The notes beneath the pieces were generated by a model, which saw only the letters and a program-made list of their open reading frames with translations, did not search any database and was not told where the DNA came from. The position numbers were made by a program, and so were the translations under genes. This document shows positions 26,385 to 41,300 of a stretch of 64,000 nt of DNA, piece by piece. Position 1 is the first letter of the stretch, and every line of letters starts with the position of its first letter. The stretch is from Chrysomallon squamiferum (lineage: Eukaryota; Animalia; Mollusca): NCBI GenBank assembly GCA_012295275.1, contig CM022672.1:28458001-28522000 (forward strand). Reading direction: 5' to 3'.

Positions 26385-29300
26385 ACTCACACAATGGTGT
26401 TGTATAAAATATTAGTAAAATGCAGAAACAAAGTTTATATTTTTCCTTTTATTTTAAACTACATTTGTTTTCTAATTCACGGAGAAAATAAGTAACAATA
26501 TATATATTCACTGACATAATATCTAATTAATTGGAAACAACTGTTTTTTATAAATAGTTGCAGAATTCACATGAAGGAGTAAGGCATTATATGAATTAAA
26601 CAAACTCTTAAAATCTCTGCTCTAAAATCAAATAAAATAACAATATGTTAAATAATTTATTTGATCGTTATGATATCTGAATGAAAACTTTATTTAAACT
26701 GAAACTTTTATTTTAAATATACATGGTAAATTAAAAAAATATTAAATAAATTAATGAATGGATTTACCTTGTCCTCTTCTGGAAGAACTGAGAGAGGAGA
26801 TGTGAAAGTCTTTCACTTTTGACGATGATGTTGAAGTGACACTTGTCTTTCTCTTCTGGAACATTGTAGCGTACTTCTACCTGCATCATACCCACACCTG
26901 TACCCTCTGCTTCTAGGTGCAGCTTGCCACCTGTAGGCACCTAGAGGTTAATTTAAAGAATTCACTTAAATATCTTAAATAAAATAAATTTCTGTGTATA
27001 AACATTGTTGTGTTGTTGGTTTTCAGATCTTCTAGAGAATATTTGTTACCTCCTTATGAAAAGAAAAGAACAAACAATTCACTTCAATAATTTATATTAA
27101 GTTTATTGTTAAAATAAACGTAATTATGTATATTTGCATATAATTTTAGTTATATTTTATTATGTAATATATACTGCATTCTAATCTGGCAGACAAGACT
27201 TTTCAGTGCTTCCAATTGTTGTGTAATAATATTATACATTTATTAATAAATCAGTGTGTATTGACGTTACTGCAGATTAACTGATGAACATTTAGACACT
27301 TCTCTTTCTGTTTTACCTGTGAAACTGACTTCAGAACAAAGGCATCCTCCTGATTGAGTTTGATTGATTTTCTAAAATCTTTATCAACTTCTGATCTTAT
27401 GTTGCAAGTCATATCCAGGACAGCTGAGTATGTTCGAATGCTGTATTCAGACAATGCCTGTAATCCAATCACTGTATCCTGACACATCAAAAAACACATT
27501 TTTATTGTCTAATATATAGTCATATGAAAAAAATGTTCTAAGTATATGTGTATTTTACCTTGTTTTTATATCATATGACTATAGAACAGTTATTATCATT
27601 TACAACATGTAATGTGAAACATTACACTAATTAGGGTTATTTTTATTACATATGTTATTTTGAATTGATAATGTAATAACAAGTAACAATAAATGACATA
27701 ATGAAGCCATACAACAAATACTTAATTATTTGAAACTTTATTTCTCTCTAGTAAGATAATTTTTCACTATCTAAACATCACATATTGGCTAAAACTCTTC
27801 TGTTTTGGACAGAATTGTTTGCACCCAAAGCACAAAACCTAATAAATCCTATTAAAATGAGCAAACCTGTGTAGAAACAAAAGATCCGTGTGATTCTCTT
27901 TGCTGTATAAGCCATGCTGTGATTAAATTGCTTTCTTTAATCAAGCCCATCTCCAGGTATGCCAGCAGTGCATAAGCTGTGGTTTCAACAGAAAGCGCTG
28001 TGGGTTTTTTGGTGTACCAATATGGCATCATTTGGTCCAAGAAGCTATCTTCACTTCCATGATTCCAGAAAGTTAATCCTAAGAGCATAGTTAATTAGAT
28101 TTATTAATAATGGCTTTTGTGAGTCCAGAGGACTCTGTTACAGCTTTAATTTCACAATAATAATTAAATTAAAAAAATATTATTGAAATACAAACAAAAT
28201 GTACCATCATTTAGCCATACTATAAATTAATTTCCTCCTGAAAATTATTTCTTAAATAAGGAAGCTGTGCCTCTTTTTAGAAAATAATGAATCCTCTCCT
28301 GATATACAATTTATTTTTTTCTTCTTATAATTAAAAAGTAATGAAAATGAATAATTATAATTGTACAAATATATAAATAATAATTATTGTCTAAATTATT
28401 GTCTAAACTGTGATAAAATATTACTGTTTGAAATTTTAATACATAATTTTTTAACTTGCCATCAACTGTCGATTTTGCCATCTGTGTCAGCTTTTCAAAT
28501 GATTTATGCTTTTGAGGACTATTTGCCATTGCTAAAGCATAGGTTGTCATGGCAACAGCCAACGGTCTGTTTAATTCTGGTATCTTTGACTCCAGGTACC
28601 TCAGAGCCTCTAGACGTGTATTAGAGGCCAAATGCTCAGTCTGTGTAAAATACTTAATAAATAATTCAGTTTCACTGAGATTATTAAATTAATTATAATT
28701 CATGTCAACCACATCTTGTACTATCTACTCAGGGAGTTCTGTAAACAGTAAACAGGATTTATTTGCAAGGTAAAAAATTCAATAAAAAGTGTGACAAATA
28801 AATTAAATACCCCTTTACATTATTACCTTTTAGAAAAAAGATTACACACATTCAATTATTTAATGGCTGAATTCAATTCTAAGGATTTTTAATACTTCCA
28901 TTTAAATTAAGTCTCTGAATGAAAATAAAATAAGAAACTCAGCACTTACTGCTGGTCTACAGACACTCTCCATCAATGCTATGACAACAAAAGCTGTAAG
29001 TGTGACATCACCATTAACTCCACCCTGTTCACAAAATCCAACAACAGTTTCTTTTTTAAAAATGTTCATAAATATATACAAATTTATATTTAACACTTAT
29101 TTCTTTATTTATCCAAAATTTGTCTAAATATCATAAATATTTTCTATTTACTGATCCATCCCTGTCCTCTGAAACATCCATTCCTTAATCTTTCTCTCAT
29201 CCAACTTTTTACACATCTTTCCATTATTTCACACTTTTCATTTGACAATGCCCATCATTTAATCATCTTTATTTCAACCACTGTTATAAAATTAATAACT

Positions 29301-32300
29301 CTCACCAACATTTCTTTATGTACAACCCAGGAATCCTCCACAAAGGATCCGTCAGGTTTCTGTTTTGCAATGAGCCACTCAAGAGCAGAACAAACAAGCT
29401 GCCCATCTAGAGAAACTAACTGCATGGCTTGAGAAAATGTCTTCAGGACAAATGCTGTAAGCCTTTAGACAATAATAATAATAATAATTATAATAATAAC
29501 AACAACAACAATAATAAAAAATAAAGAAAAGTATAATTATATAAATAAATAAATAAATAATTTATTTTTTAAAACTCTGAAAATGCATTTTTAATAAAGA
29601 CCTTCTAAACATAAAAATTTGATTTTAAACATTTTTATAAGTAGGAGTGGAAAGAAAATACCTGTCGTATACATTCATACATTTTTATAGTATTAGTAAT
29701 CTTAAAATGTATTAAATACTTGAACGTGTAATCAATTTACTCTCATTTTTGAATTATTTTATTTATGTTGTTGAAACATACCATGTACTTGGCTGTGTAT
29801 ATGGCCAGGTGCAATAAGAACCATCAGTCTTCCTAAAAGTAAGCTGTCTGTTGACACCTGTTAAAATAATTACATAGCACATGTACGTGGTGAACCATTA
29901 ATACACAGAGAAGATGTGCCAGTTTTTGTACCCTTGGCAGTTTTGTTTCTTATGCTTCAATTTCTTTCTTTTGTTTCTGTCAAGTCACAATGGAAATGTA
30001 TTTGGAACTGCATTGATAGAAAAGACTGATTTCCTAGTATGTTGAAAAATAACATATTTATGAACATGTGTTCAACACCAATATTTTGCCTGTACTGTCC
30101 ATCTCACTAATCTAAGGTCAATTTCACAGAAACAACAGAAAGAAGTTTTGATTTTTATAAATTAAATCAGAGACAAGTATTCTTTAGATCTTTCTTTATG
30201 ATATTCTCCAAATGACACCTTTTTTCCATCATCATGAAACTAACTTTTAAACTTTTTAAACTGTAGCAATATTAAAAAAAATAAAGATTTGAGTGATTTG
30301 TGGGCAAGTATTTCTTGCCATGCAATAATCTAATTTGATGTTGTTAATTACAACCATTTTATGTGGAACAAATCAGCATAACAGGTGACTTAGTAATAGA
30401 GTAGAAGACAAGAATAAAGACTGCACAGATGATAAAGTGAAAGTGTGCAGTCATCGGTCATATCCTCTAACTGTCTCTAGTACCAGTATTACACTGACAG
30501 TGTGAGTAGGCTTTATGATAATAGCAGTTGTAATTGTAGTAACAGTCAAAGTAACAGTTCTAGTCATTATAGTCACTGTATTTATAGTTAGTGTATCAGT
30601 ATTATTTAACAGTGTTAGTGGTTTAAAACGAATGAAATGCACACTAAAAGCTTAATTAGCTGTTTGATTATTAACATATAAATATGTTAGATGAAAAATG
30701 AAAATTCCCACCTTCTCTGATATATGTCTTTGCTTTTTTCTCGTTAGATGATGACAACTGATTGGTTGCTTTGAGATATCTCAGAATGTACACGTTGGGT
30801 GCCAGGTATATCAGGTTCTGTTCACCACATCCTGTGGGTAACCTCAGCATTGTTTCCACTCCCTCCACTGTACCCTCCACTGTGGGGCCAAGTACATCTC
30901 CTGTAGGAGGAAACACGATACATAGCAATAGTTTATGTTTATTAAGATAATTGTGATAATTTATGTTTATTATGTACTGTTCACTATTTCAGTTGTGGAT
31001 AGTTTGGGGTGTATTTTGCTTGTTGTGAAAGCCTATATTCACTATTTCAGTTGTGCGAATATTTTATAATTAGAGTGATAATTGTGATACCTATGGGTCA
31101 TTCTGTGTCAAATCACCCAATGGTTTAAACCCGACCGTCTCAGATTTTTATGAAACTTGGTATACTTGTTGACTGGGATCCCACAGCACCAAATCTGAAA
31201 TTTTAGCTCAATCAGACCAGTGGTGTGGGAGATACGGCCCACCGAATTTTGAGATTTTTGCCAAAAATGGGTGTGACCACCAACCTTAGAACCCTTATAT
31301 TTCAGGAACTACTTGGCCAATCTCCATAAAATTGGTATTGTTAGAAAGGCAAAATGACAAGTATACCAAATCTGCCATTTTTGTTTAGTTTGGAAAATAT
31401 TGGAGTACCTTGACCTTTTGACCTTTGCTATGACCTTGAAATTGACTGTGTGGATCACGTGATCTTGAGATGACCTTTATTGAAATTTAATCTCCCACAT
31501 GTTAACTAAAACATATAAAAGTTTCCTGGGTGTAATATTTGTTGTTTAGCCACAATATAGATTTAAAAAATGCACATACATGAAAATAACACCTTTTCAG
31601 CCATTAACATCTGATTAACTAAAACCTGAATGATCAATTCTGGATGCTAGGAATCACCATCTCTCTTGATCAACAAGTATACCAAGTTTTATAAAAATCT
31701 GAGACGGTCGGGTTTAAATTTCTTTTTTTGGGGGGTGATTTGACACGGAATGACCCCTATGTTTAATATGTAGTTCAGTAACTCACTTATGAATAGTCTG
31801 TATTTAAAATGTCTGTTATAAAAAGATATGTGCAGTAAACATCTCATTTTGTAATATTCATTTAAGCTATAACAGTCATGATACCTGAACTAAACAAAAT
31901 CTATTTTTACAGTAAAAAATTGCATAATCTTATGCTTCACTAAGACAAATATTTAAAAAAAAAAAATATAATAAAATATAAAATTAGATGTAAAACATTA
32001 CCTATAACACTGAGTGTACAGGCTTCTGTTTCTGGAATAGCTTCAACTGGAAGATCTAAATTCAGTTCTATGTGTTGTCGATTTTCATCAGAGTGAACCT
32101 TGTCTACAAAGACAACAATGTTTTCATTGACTTATTTATAACTACTAACATAACTACATAACTATTTCTACGTATTACTTCTAATATAACTATTATATTA
32201 CCATTTCAACTTCTATTACTGTTGTATGTTACTACTAATATAACTACTTTGTTATTATTTCAACTACACTGCTAATATAACTACTACGTTACTATTTCAG

Positions 32301-35300
32301 TTAACTACTATTACTAATATAGATATGTCACTATTTCAACTACTATTATGTTACTATTTCAAGTGCTATTATGTTACTATTTCAAGTGCTACTATTAATA
32401 TAACTACCATGTTACCATTTTAACTTCTATTACTAATGTATCTAATAGTTTTCACTATTTCGGGTACTACCACTAACATAACTAGCATGTCACCATTTCA
32501 ACCAGTGTTAAATTACAACCAGTAATATTATTATTTCTACAGTATTACTATGATAATATTTTTGAAAATTTTAGGTGTGATTTTTTTCATTTTAATATCA
32601 GTATTTCTTTTATTATTAATATTACTTAGAATAACTATAATTCTCACTCAGTCATGCTTATTCAGATTATGCAGAGAACACTAGAAATCTATAAAAACCA
32701 AAGTGCTTTAGAAAATTCACTTTTTATTGAGAAGGAGACATTTCTAGAAAGATCTCTGATCAATCTCTTGCCACTTGGATCTAGCATAACCGACACTGTG
32801 TGGATTTTCTCTAGACCTTCTCCCTGGATCACAGAAAAAATAAACATCTAATTTGTTACTAGATCCTTATTATGGATTCATCACTGGAAAACAAATATCT
32901 AGGTAAATTACTTGCATGTGAAAGTACTTTCAGATGAACATAATATATATTTTGTGATAACAGTTACTGACTCATTAATTAGATTACTGATTCAGGATTT
33001 CAGATAAAAGTAGATATAAATTGAATTTCATTTTAAAGACAGATTAATTAAACCTTTTGTTCAGTGCAAATTGTGTTGATGTAGCTTTTAAGATAAAATT
33101 ATATTGTGGAAGGACTAAACTATTTGAATGATCTCACTTCAACTTTTAATGTTTTCTCCACTGCATCTTTTCCCCAGAGAGAGTACGCTGATACTTTAAT
33201 TTTAAACTTTCCTATTTCCATGGGGATGACAGGAAAAGAAACAGACAAAGCATCATTAGCAGGAACATCAATCTGTGCTAGTTTGTAATTATCTCCCTTT
33301 TCTCCCGAGTAACAGAGCCCTTCAACCATGGATACAAATAGATGTACCTGTATTATCAAAATAAATTAATTATTGAAAATATGTACCTGCATTGTTAAAA
33401 CATATAAATTATACAAGCAGACGTAGCTGCATTATTAAAATAAAACTAAATAGACACATGTACCTCTTTTATTCAAATAAATGTATCTCACACACACACA
33501 CACACACACAAGGGTTCATAAACCTTTTGGAAGTTTAATTTCCATGATGTTCCATGTTTTTTTTTTATCAAAAATCATAAATTCCATGAATTTTCCATTA
33601 GGTGTGCAAACCCTGATACATAAAAAATAATTTAGTGAATTAAAATGTGCAGTTTGCTCAGACCTTCTAGAAGACTGGTTCGTGTAAACATTTTCAAATT
33701 CAGTTAGTTTGATTAATGGCAATATATGTTTTAATTATTAATTATTAATTAGGATCTTATAATAATATCTAGGGAAAAAAAATAAATGACAGTTATTTTT
33801 ATAGAAATCTTTATAGAGATCTTAACATGAAATATGCTGATATAGAAAAATCTGATGCAGAATTCATGAGAATTATTCAAAGAAAAGACATATGATGAAT
33901 CATGTTTTGCACAGGTTGGAAAACCTTGAATTTCAGTAATTTGTCCAATTCTGGTTAACAAACAAGGAAACATAAATCATGATAACTGTTAATCAGTAAA
34001 TTCAAAACAGGAGAGCGGTATACTGTTAATTACATGTATTTGCATGCTACTGTTAAAGTATCCAAGATATTATTATAAAGGTTTTTTTTTTAAATTGTCC
34101 TATTCTACAATGCACTTTAGCACAAAATAAAACAATCTATTTGAGCACTTCTTTATCATCATGTCTTTTCCTCCTGTAAAGCCAACAGTTCAGATTTTTT
34201 CTCCTTTTTACTTTTCCTGCAGCAGTTAAACATCACAGTCCACTCTCAAGATCTTGAAAACTTCTCTGCTTCATCTGCTGCTTTTGCAGCTTTCTTTTCC
34301 AGATGTTCTATATCTGAAATTAATATCTTCCTTTTACTCTGAGTCATAGTTGTATCCACTACTCTTTTCTTTACTCTTGTTTGGTTTTTTGTAAATTCCG
34401 GTCACAATATTGTCTGGCTGCTTTACATGATGTCAACATCTTTTCTATAATGTTAACTTTCACAACCAACCCGAGCACTCCCTGGTAGGTCAGCTCTTTT
34501 TTGTTGACAACCATCACATTTTTATTAATAACAAATCCATGCTCAACAGTGGCCTGACCAGTGATAATTAATATCAACTTCATGAGTAACCATAGGTCAG
34601 CATAATTCTTCTTGTTGGCTAGTCATCATTAAAGAAGCAATTAAGTTAAGTTTTTGATGGATTGTAATGAAAGAAAAGGCTTTTTTGAATTGTGACATCA
34701 TCCTAAAGAAAGTCATTGAACTCACTTTGAACCTTGTCACACTTGCTTTCTCCAAACTGCTTCATTTAACTAGATTGTCAAGACACCATTCCTTTCATCT
34801 CTTTTTTTTGACACTCATCTGCCTTTACAGCCATGTCTACTGGATTCAGGCAGAAAGTATTTTGCACCAAACAAGTCTTGATGGAATTCTGTCCAGCAAT
34901 CTTTTCATTAGTGTTGTCAAATATGTTTTTGCTTCCATGTGAAATTCAAGACTGTTTTTGTCACCACTTCTTTTGGATGTTAGCAGTTCTTTGAAAATCC
35001 TGCATGTTGAAAATATCACATCTATTTTTAAATAGCTCAGACAGTCCGAGTCAACAAATTCATAATTGGCTATTTTAATGCAACTTGTCAATTTTTTCTA
35101 CATTTCATTCTTCAGAATTCTTCCCATTACACTCACGGTTATGTTTTGCCAGTCATATGCCAGGCTGGTCTGTCTGATATTCTATCAGATATCATTAACC
35201 ATTGTTTACTGACTGTTTGCTCCTGATATAAAGTCATGATAAAATTTATTATTCACATTTGGTCCAACCACTGAAATCTGAAGTAGATGGGCAAGATTGC

Positions 35301-38300
35301 AGTGTTCTGTCAGTGAGGTGAAGTGAGTTAAACAATCTGCCACTCTTTTTAATTTTGTCATACAGCAAAGACCAATTATGGCAGCAGACCATAATTTATC
35401 AAATATGAACTTTTTCTTTCAACATGGTAGGTTTTGGCCATGGTGCAGTCAGGAAACATGCATTGTCTTCTGCGCTTTTGTAAGAGTAATACAATGCCAC
35501 GTTGTTAAGAGTCCACAGAAGTTCTGCTTTTTGTGTTTCTCTTGTTTTCAGAAAGGAAGACTAATATGGTACATCTGAAAATAATAAACAAATAATTTAT
35601 AATAATAGATATAAAATTGTTTTAAAAACATACATTTCATTCCTTGTTCTTCCATTCTGAGATAATTTGCCAATAAACCAACAAATGCAATTGTACTGAT
35701 GTTAAAAGAATACTGTAGCTTAAATTAAAAAAATGTTATACAGTTATAAATATATGTTGTTAATTTAAAAGAATTACGTACTTTTGTTTTGCCTGTGATC
35801 CTGTCATATGTTCTTTCATTTTGGATGATTCAGTACTGCTAACACTATCCAGAATGCTGAAAAACTTAGAAATGTTTCCCGCAGATTTGATTTCTGATTG
35901 CTTTAACATCTTTGAATGTTTTTTCCCTTCATATGGCTTAAAATGTCAGCCGACTCAAATTTCCAACAACGAAATTTCATCTGCAAACCAAACAGCGAGC
36001 TGAATGGTGATCATTTTAACACTGCAGCCTGTCCAAGCAAGCAGGTTGAGAAGTCCAAGCTTCATTAAATATGCACTGCCAGGCAATTTAAATGTTTAAA
36101 AATATTTAAAATCTAAAGACATTTCAGCCATAATACATTCAGTGATAACAGATTCAAATAACAAACTATGAACACGAAAATTTTGAACCAGATGTAAAAT
36201 CAATGGCTTCTATCTTGTTATGTAGAAACAAAATGTATATCACAAAGTAGAATAATTGTAACTAGAGACTATAAATCTTCCAGAAGTGTGTTTAAAAAAT
36301 AAATATTTCTTGTTTTGATCAAACATAAAATGCATTTCTATTTCAGACAAAATAAATATAAAACATTTTTTAAATGAAAATTACCCAGACATTTCCATAG
36401 GGATAAAAAAAAAAAAAAACATTGTATTTCAAGACTTTCCACGTTAGCATTTTTGAATTTCCATACATTGACAAAACATTCCAAAACCTGTGCGAACTCT
36501 GGTGAATGAACCATTAGTCGCAAGGCTTTATTTTCTCAAATGTTTACCAAACACAAATCTAGAATAACAACATCAATTATTTATTATGCTACTGCAAATT
36601 AGCTATGTTTTCTGTTGTTACGAGGATAACTTAACGAAAGTCTGAAGCAGCAAAACTTTATTTTAAACTATTGAAGCCAAAGTGAGAAATGTGAGTTTTC
36701 TTTCTTACCATGATTGTTCTATTCAGATAGTTGTACACTGTCACTTGTACTTCCAGCTGTTCCAGCCTGACTGCAGTGTATGGCAGATCAACATGAATAA
36801 AAAAGTTTTGGAATGCTGTAATGTTGTGTGGCTTTCCCACACAGAAACCATGTTTTTCTGACACTCCCACTGTCTCTAAGACCCACGTTGTGATGGTGTC
36901 TGGCAGAGTGAAATCAACAGCTGCTATTCCATTTGGTCTTGAAAAAAGCATTAAATGCAAAAAGACATAAAATTCAAATTCTGAATTGTGAAAACATTAA
37001 AAAAGAAACGAAAATGTATTCTCTTTTCTTTTTAACATGAATTTGTTATTAAATATGTTCTAAAGCAAGAATAAATCTTCTCATAAATCAAAAGTCATAA
37101 TATACAAAACAAAAACTGTTATCACATATAGGTAAATGTATAAACATTATGCTAACAGAAAACATTTAAATCATTTAAAAATGAACAGATTTCAAATTTA
37201 GATTAATTCTCATTCCTGTTAATATCACAATATATTCAAATTGTATATCTACCCTAGTAAGTAATCCTGGAACCACCAGGACTCAGGGAAATTGGATCTT
37301 AGTGGAATGTTCTCAACATTCAACTCAGACGACTCTTCAAGGAAAATGTCAAGATTAATTTGTGGAAAAGTCTCTCCTACTTTTCCTATTCCTGAAATTT
37401 CAGAAAACATTAATCAAATATTTATATTAATAAGACATAGATACATTAGTTTACAGTCAAAAACATAAGTGATTATCATCTCTAATGAAAGAAATGGTTA
37501 AGTTTCATTTATTTTTAATTCATACTTGAAGAGTTATATTATTTCTTTGACTGTATGTAAAGTATTTCATATTGTTTAAATTATTGCTTTATTTAGTTTA
37601 GGTTGACTAAATCTTTTTGATAATAAAACATGACAAAAAAAAAAAAATTATTATTACAATTTATTTTAGCTTATCTAGGGATTGATACTTCTTTTTCATT
37701 ACTTTTGTTATTTTATCCATAGAAATCTATATATAAAATTACTGATTAACTGAGTATATCTTTTTTTAATAACTGTACTAACAGAGTGTTCTTTTTCTTC
37801 TTCACAATTACAACATTTTATCATTGAAAAACAATATCTTCAAACTAATATAAATAATTATGAAAGTTCTGACCTGAAATTATATAGCACTGGTTTCAGT
37901 AGTATTTAAAAAAAATTTAATAGCTATTCTCAAAACTAGGTAGATATACTAACTTCCTGTAGCATTAGCAGCTTGCAATGCTTTGGCTGTTTGCTGACAA
38001 CACTGGAAATACCGTCTAGCACATTGGTATGACTTTGTTCTTTCTTTTACCACTTTGGCAAATTTAAAACACATCTTAAGTGTGGCATTCATTATTTCTT
38101 TTCCCTTTTGACAGCACAGAATTTCTAATGCACTTTCTAACAAAATAAAAAGTAAAGAAGTAACGCATTAGTCTCAGAGATAACTGTAAAGTTTCACAAT
38201 GTCTCTTCGTAAACATTATCCATAGAGTCTGTTCATTTGAAAAAAACAATAATAATAAAACAAAAAGCGGAGCAAAATTATTTTTTTTATAAAATTTTAA

Positions 38301-41300
38301 ATTTATATCAAGATATTTTCCTATTGATATTTCTCAAATTTAATGTTAACAAATGTATGCTAGGAACATAGTTATAATTTAAATAGACAGTCTCTGACTT
38401 CCCACTATAATAAACATTAAGAAATTATTGTAATAAAAGAAACTTACTGCCCAAACTTTCTGATTCTGCACTTCGTTTTCTAACAGATTTTGTGGGACAT
38501 CCCTCTTTGGACCTAGGCTCTGTTCGTAAAGCTGCATTTGTTAAAACAATCAGACCAAAGTCCTGAACAAAAGAAAATGAATAAATAAACAAATAAAACA
38601 ATTAATCCCCACAATTGAAATACAAATACAGTCAAACATATAAGCATAAAATATATCAGAATATGTTTCTGATAACAATCATAAATACTGTATACTAATT
38701 AATTCAGTTAAGATACATTTGAGTTTTACAACTGTATATAAAAATATTCAGTTAAAAACTGATTATTATTTACATAAAAATATTTTGAATTATAGGAGTA
38801 GAAGTGACTATTTAAAATGTGCTAAAAAATATTTAATTAAATTCAGTTTATTTAATAAACTTACTTGAAATGTGCTAGCACTGTCCCTCCCTCCACCAAG
38901 ACCACACCCTCGATCTTGAGATCGAATTGCTTCAAAAAACTACAAAAATAATCAGATGTTCCTATTTTAAACTGCATTTAAGTTTACTGGAAATCATTCC
39001 ATTTTCAATCCATTACAGATATGTCTGTCAAATATCTGCATTTCTTAAACATATTTCATATTTTTCCTTTGAATTCATAACAACTAAATGTATCTAAAAC
39101 AATTTTTTTTTTATATTTTTTCTTTAGTTACATGATATAGTAGTTATACATGTAGAAATAATAAAATTTCAAACTAACTGCAAGGAATCCTGTAAATCTT
39201 ATTTTACCATTGAATTATAAAATCATTATTCAGATATGATATTTAGAAATATGAACTTATTTGGCATGAATTACTTTTTTTATTTTGTATATTTTAAAGC
39301 CACTATGAACTTTTATCTGTTACATTTTGCAAATCCCAGACAAATCTCAAAACAGATGTTATCTACTGTAACAAACTGATATATTTGTTACCTTATAACG
39401 AGACAGTGTTGCCTGTCTTTTCAACATATACACTGCTTTGTCAACAGCAACAAGACCAATGTACATGTTAGCATCACCTTGTATTCTCAGTGTTCCACTG
39501 TCGCCAGGCTGGAAAAAAGACTGTCTCTGAGGTGAATCTAGTGTAATATTTATCTGCAAAAAATAAAAATAATTATTGAGAAATATACATGAGTTAAGTC
39601 ATTTTCTAGGAAAAGTCACCAAAACAAAATGTTTATAAAATAGCTACAAGATTTACAGATTAAAGCATCAATTTTAATTATCATTAAATAAATGTCACAA
39701 AAATAAAGTGGTTCTTTTTGAGTTTTATGGATACGAAATAAAAATAAAATTTAACAGTCTTACTAACTTTGATTACATTTAATCTAAAACAAGGACACTT
39801 TTCAGACACTTATAATAATGTCCTCATGCAGATCTAGTTTAACACTATCATTCTTTTTAAATGATTTTAAACTACTGACGGCTGCTGTGTGTTTGACCTA
39901 CCTCTTGACCACACTGTTCTGTGATCTCAAGCCAGGTGGAATCAGTGATCACCTCGGGTTTTTGTGAAGATTCACGCACTGAAAATGCAATAAGTCGTAA
40001 CCCAGGAGACATCTCTTGTGTAAGACGAATGTAAAAATTAGTTGTTTTCCCTCCTAGACTGCTAGTCTGACTGTGGTACACTATTTTACCTCTGGATATT
40101 CCCTGTATGTAAGAAAACATGTGATATCAGAAATGCATTAGTCTGCTTTGTAAACTATGATAATACAGTTTATAACAAACACACACACACACTAATTTAT
40201 TCACTGATATATAAATGCTATTTCGCACTATTACATGTGATACAAAAACACACACACACACACTCACCAATAGTGTGATTGTATTAAGATCTGCTGGATC
40301 AGTGTTTGTTGTTGTCACAGTCAGAAAATCTCCAATATTAGGGACTGCGCTTGTAGAATCCTGTTTTCAAAAAAAACTAACAAACTTAACTTGTGTTTCA
40401 TTAAAAAAATCAAAAAACAAAACAAACACACATTATAAAGAACAATGACTTGATATAAAATAAAATAATAAAATGTTGTTATAGAAATGTTCAAAATAAG
40501 CTCATTGAATATTTCTGATACAAAGTGCTAATTTTTCATTAGTTTTTCTAAATACAACCATCATTTATTAATAAGAATTAAAGAAATATATTTTGTACAG
40601 AACTGTGTACAAAATGTTTTAAATATGTGTGTTGACTCACTGATGTTGGTTTAGCTTTAACTAACATGAAAGTGTTGGTAGGAGAGTAGTAGGGTACCGC
40701 CTGAAAATATGCAGTTGTCTGTACATCACGAGCCAGACCTTTCTGTTTTGACTTCACCTACAGATAAAAAATTAGTTTATTATATCAAAGCACCAATATC
40801 ACATGATAATATATCTACAGCATAAAGCTGTATGCCTCCTTCCACAATGAAACAAATTCAAACATATTGCAAATGATAAACACCATACATGTCTGTAAGC
40901 TCTTGTATTTGATGAGTAAGGTGATAATAATGTATGCATGTATTTTCATAAGTGCGTTTATTGTGCATCTCTGCATATAAATATGCATATGTGTAATTTT
41001 GTCCATTTCAGTGCATAAAAAAATGAAATAACAGTACCAGAAAACTCAGAGATTTTGCTTCAGCTGGTAATAAGAATTCTAAATCCAGTCGACCGTTAGC
41101 TGCAGTTTTAAATATTTTCTCTTTAGCTGATCTGAAAACCGACAGTCTTATTTTCTTGTCTTTAACTGTGGCATGTGCTTCAACAAGAACATTCAGACCA
41201 CTGGCTGTCTGGCCATTAGCTCTGTACACATCAATCTAAATAAATAACAAAACGTTTGAGTAATATAATATCACATTTTTGTAATATTGCATTATCAGTT

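Noticed and set aside
30451-30642. Thr/Val-rich ORF in a C3 intron, plus many Phe/Ile/Tyr-rich ORFs elsewhere in the track
   Set aside because: These arise from low-complexity AT-rich intron or intergenic sequence and have no splice or homology support.
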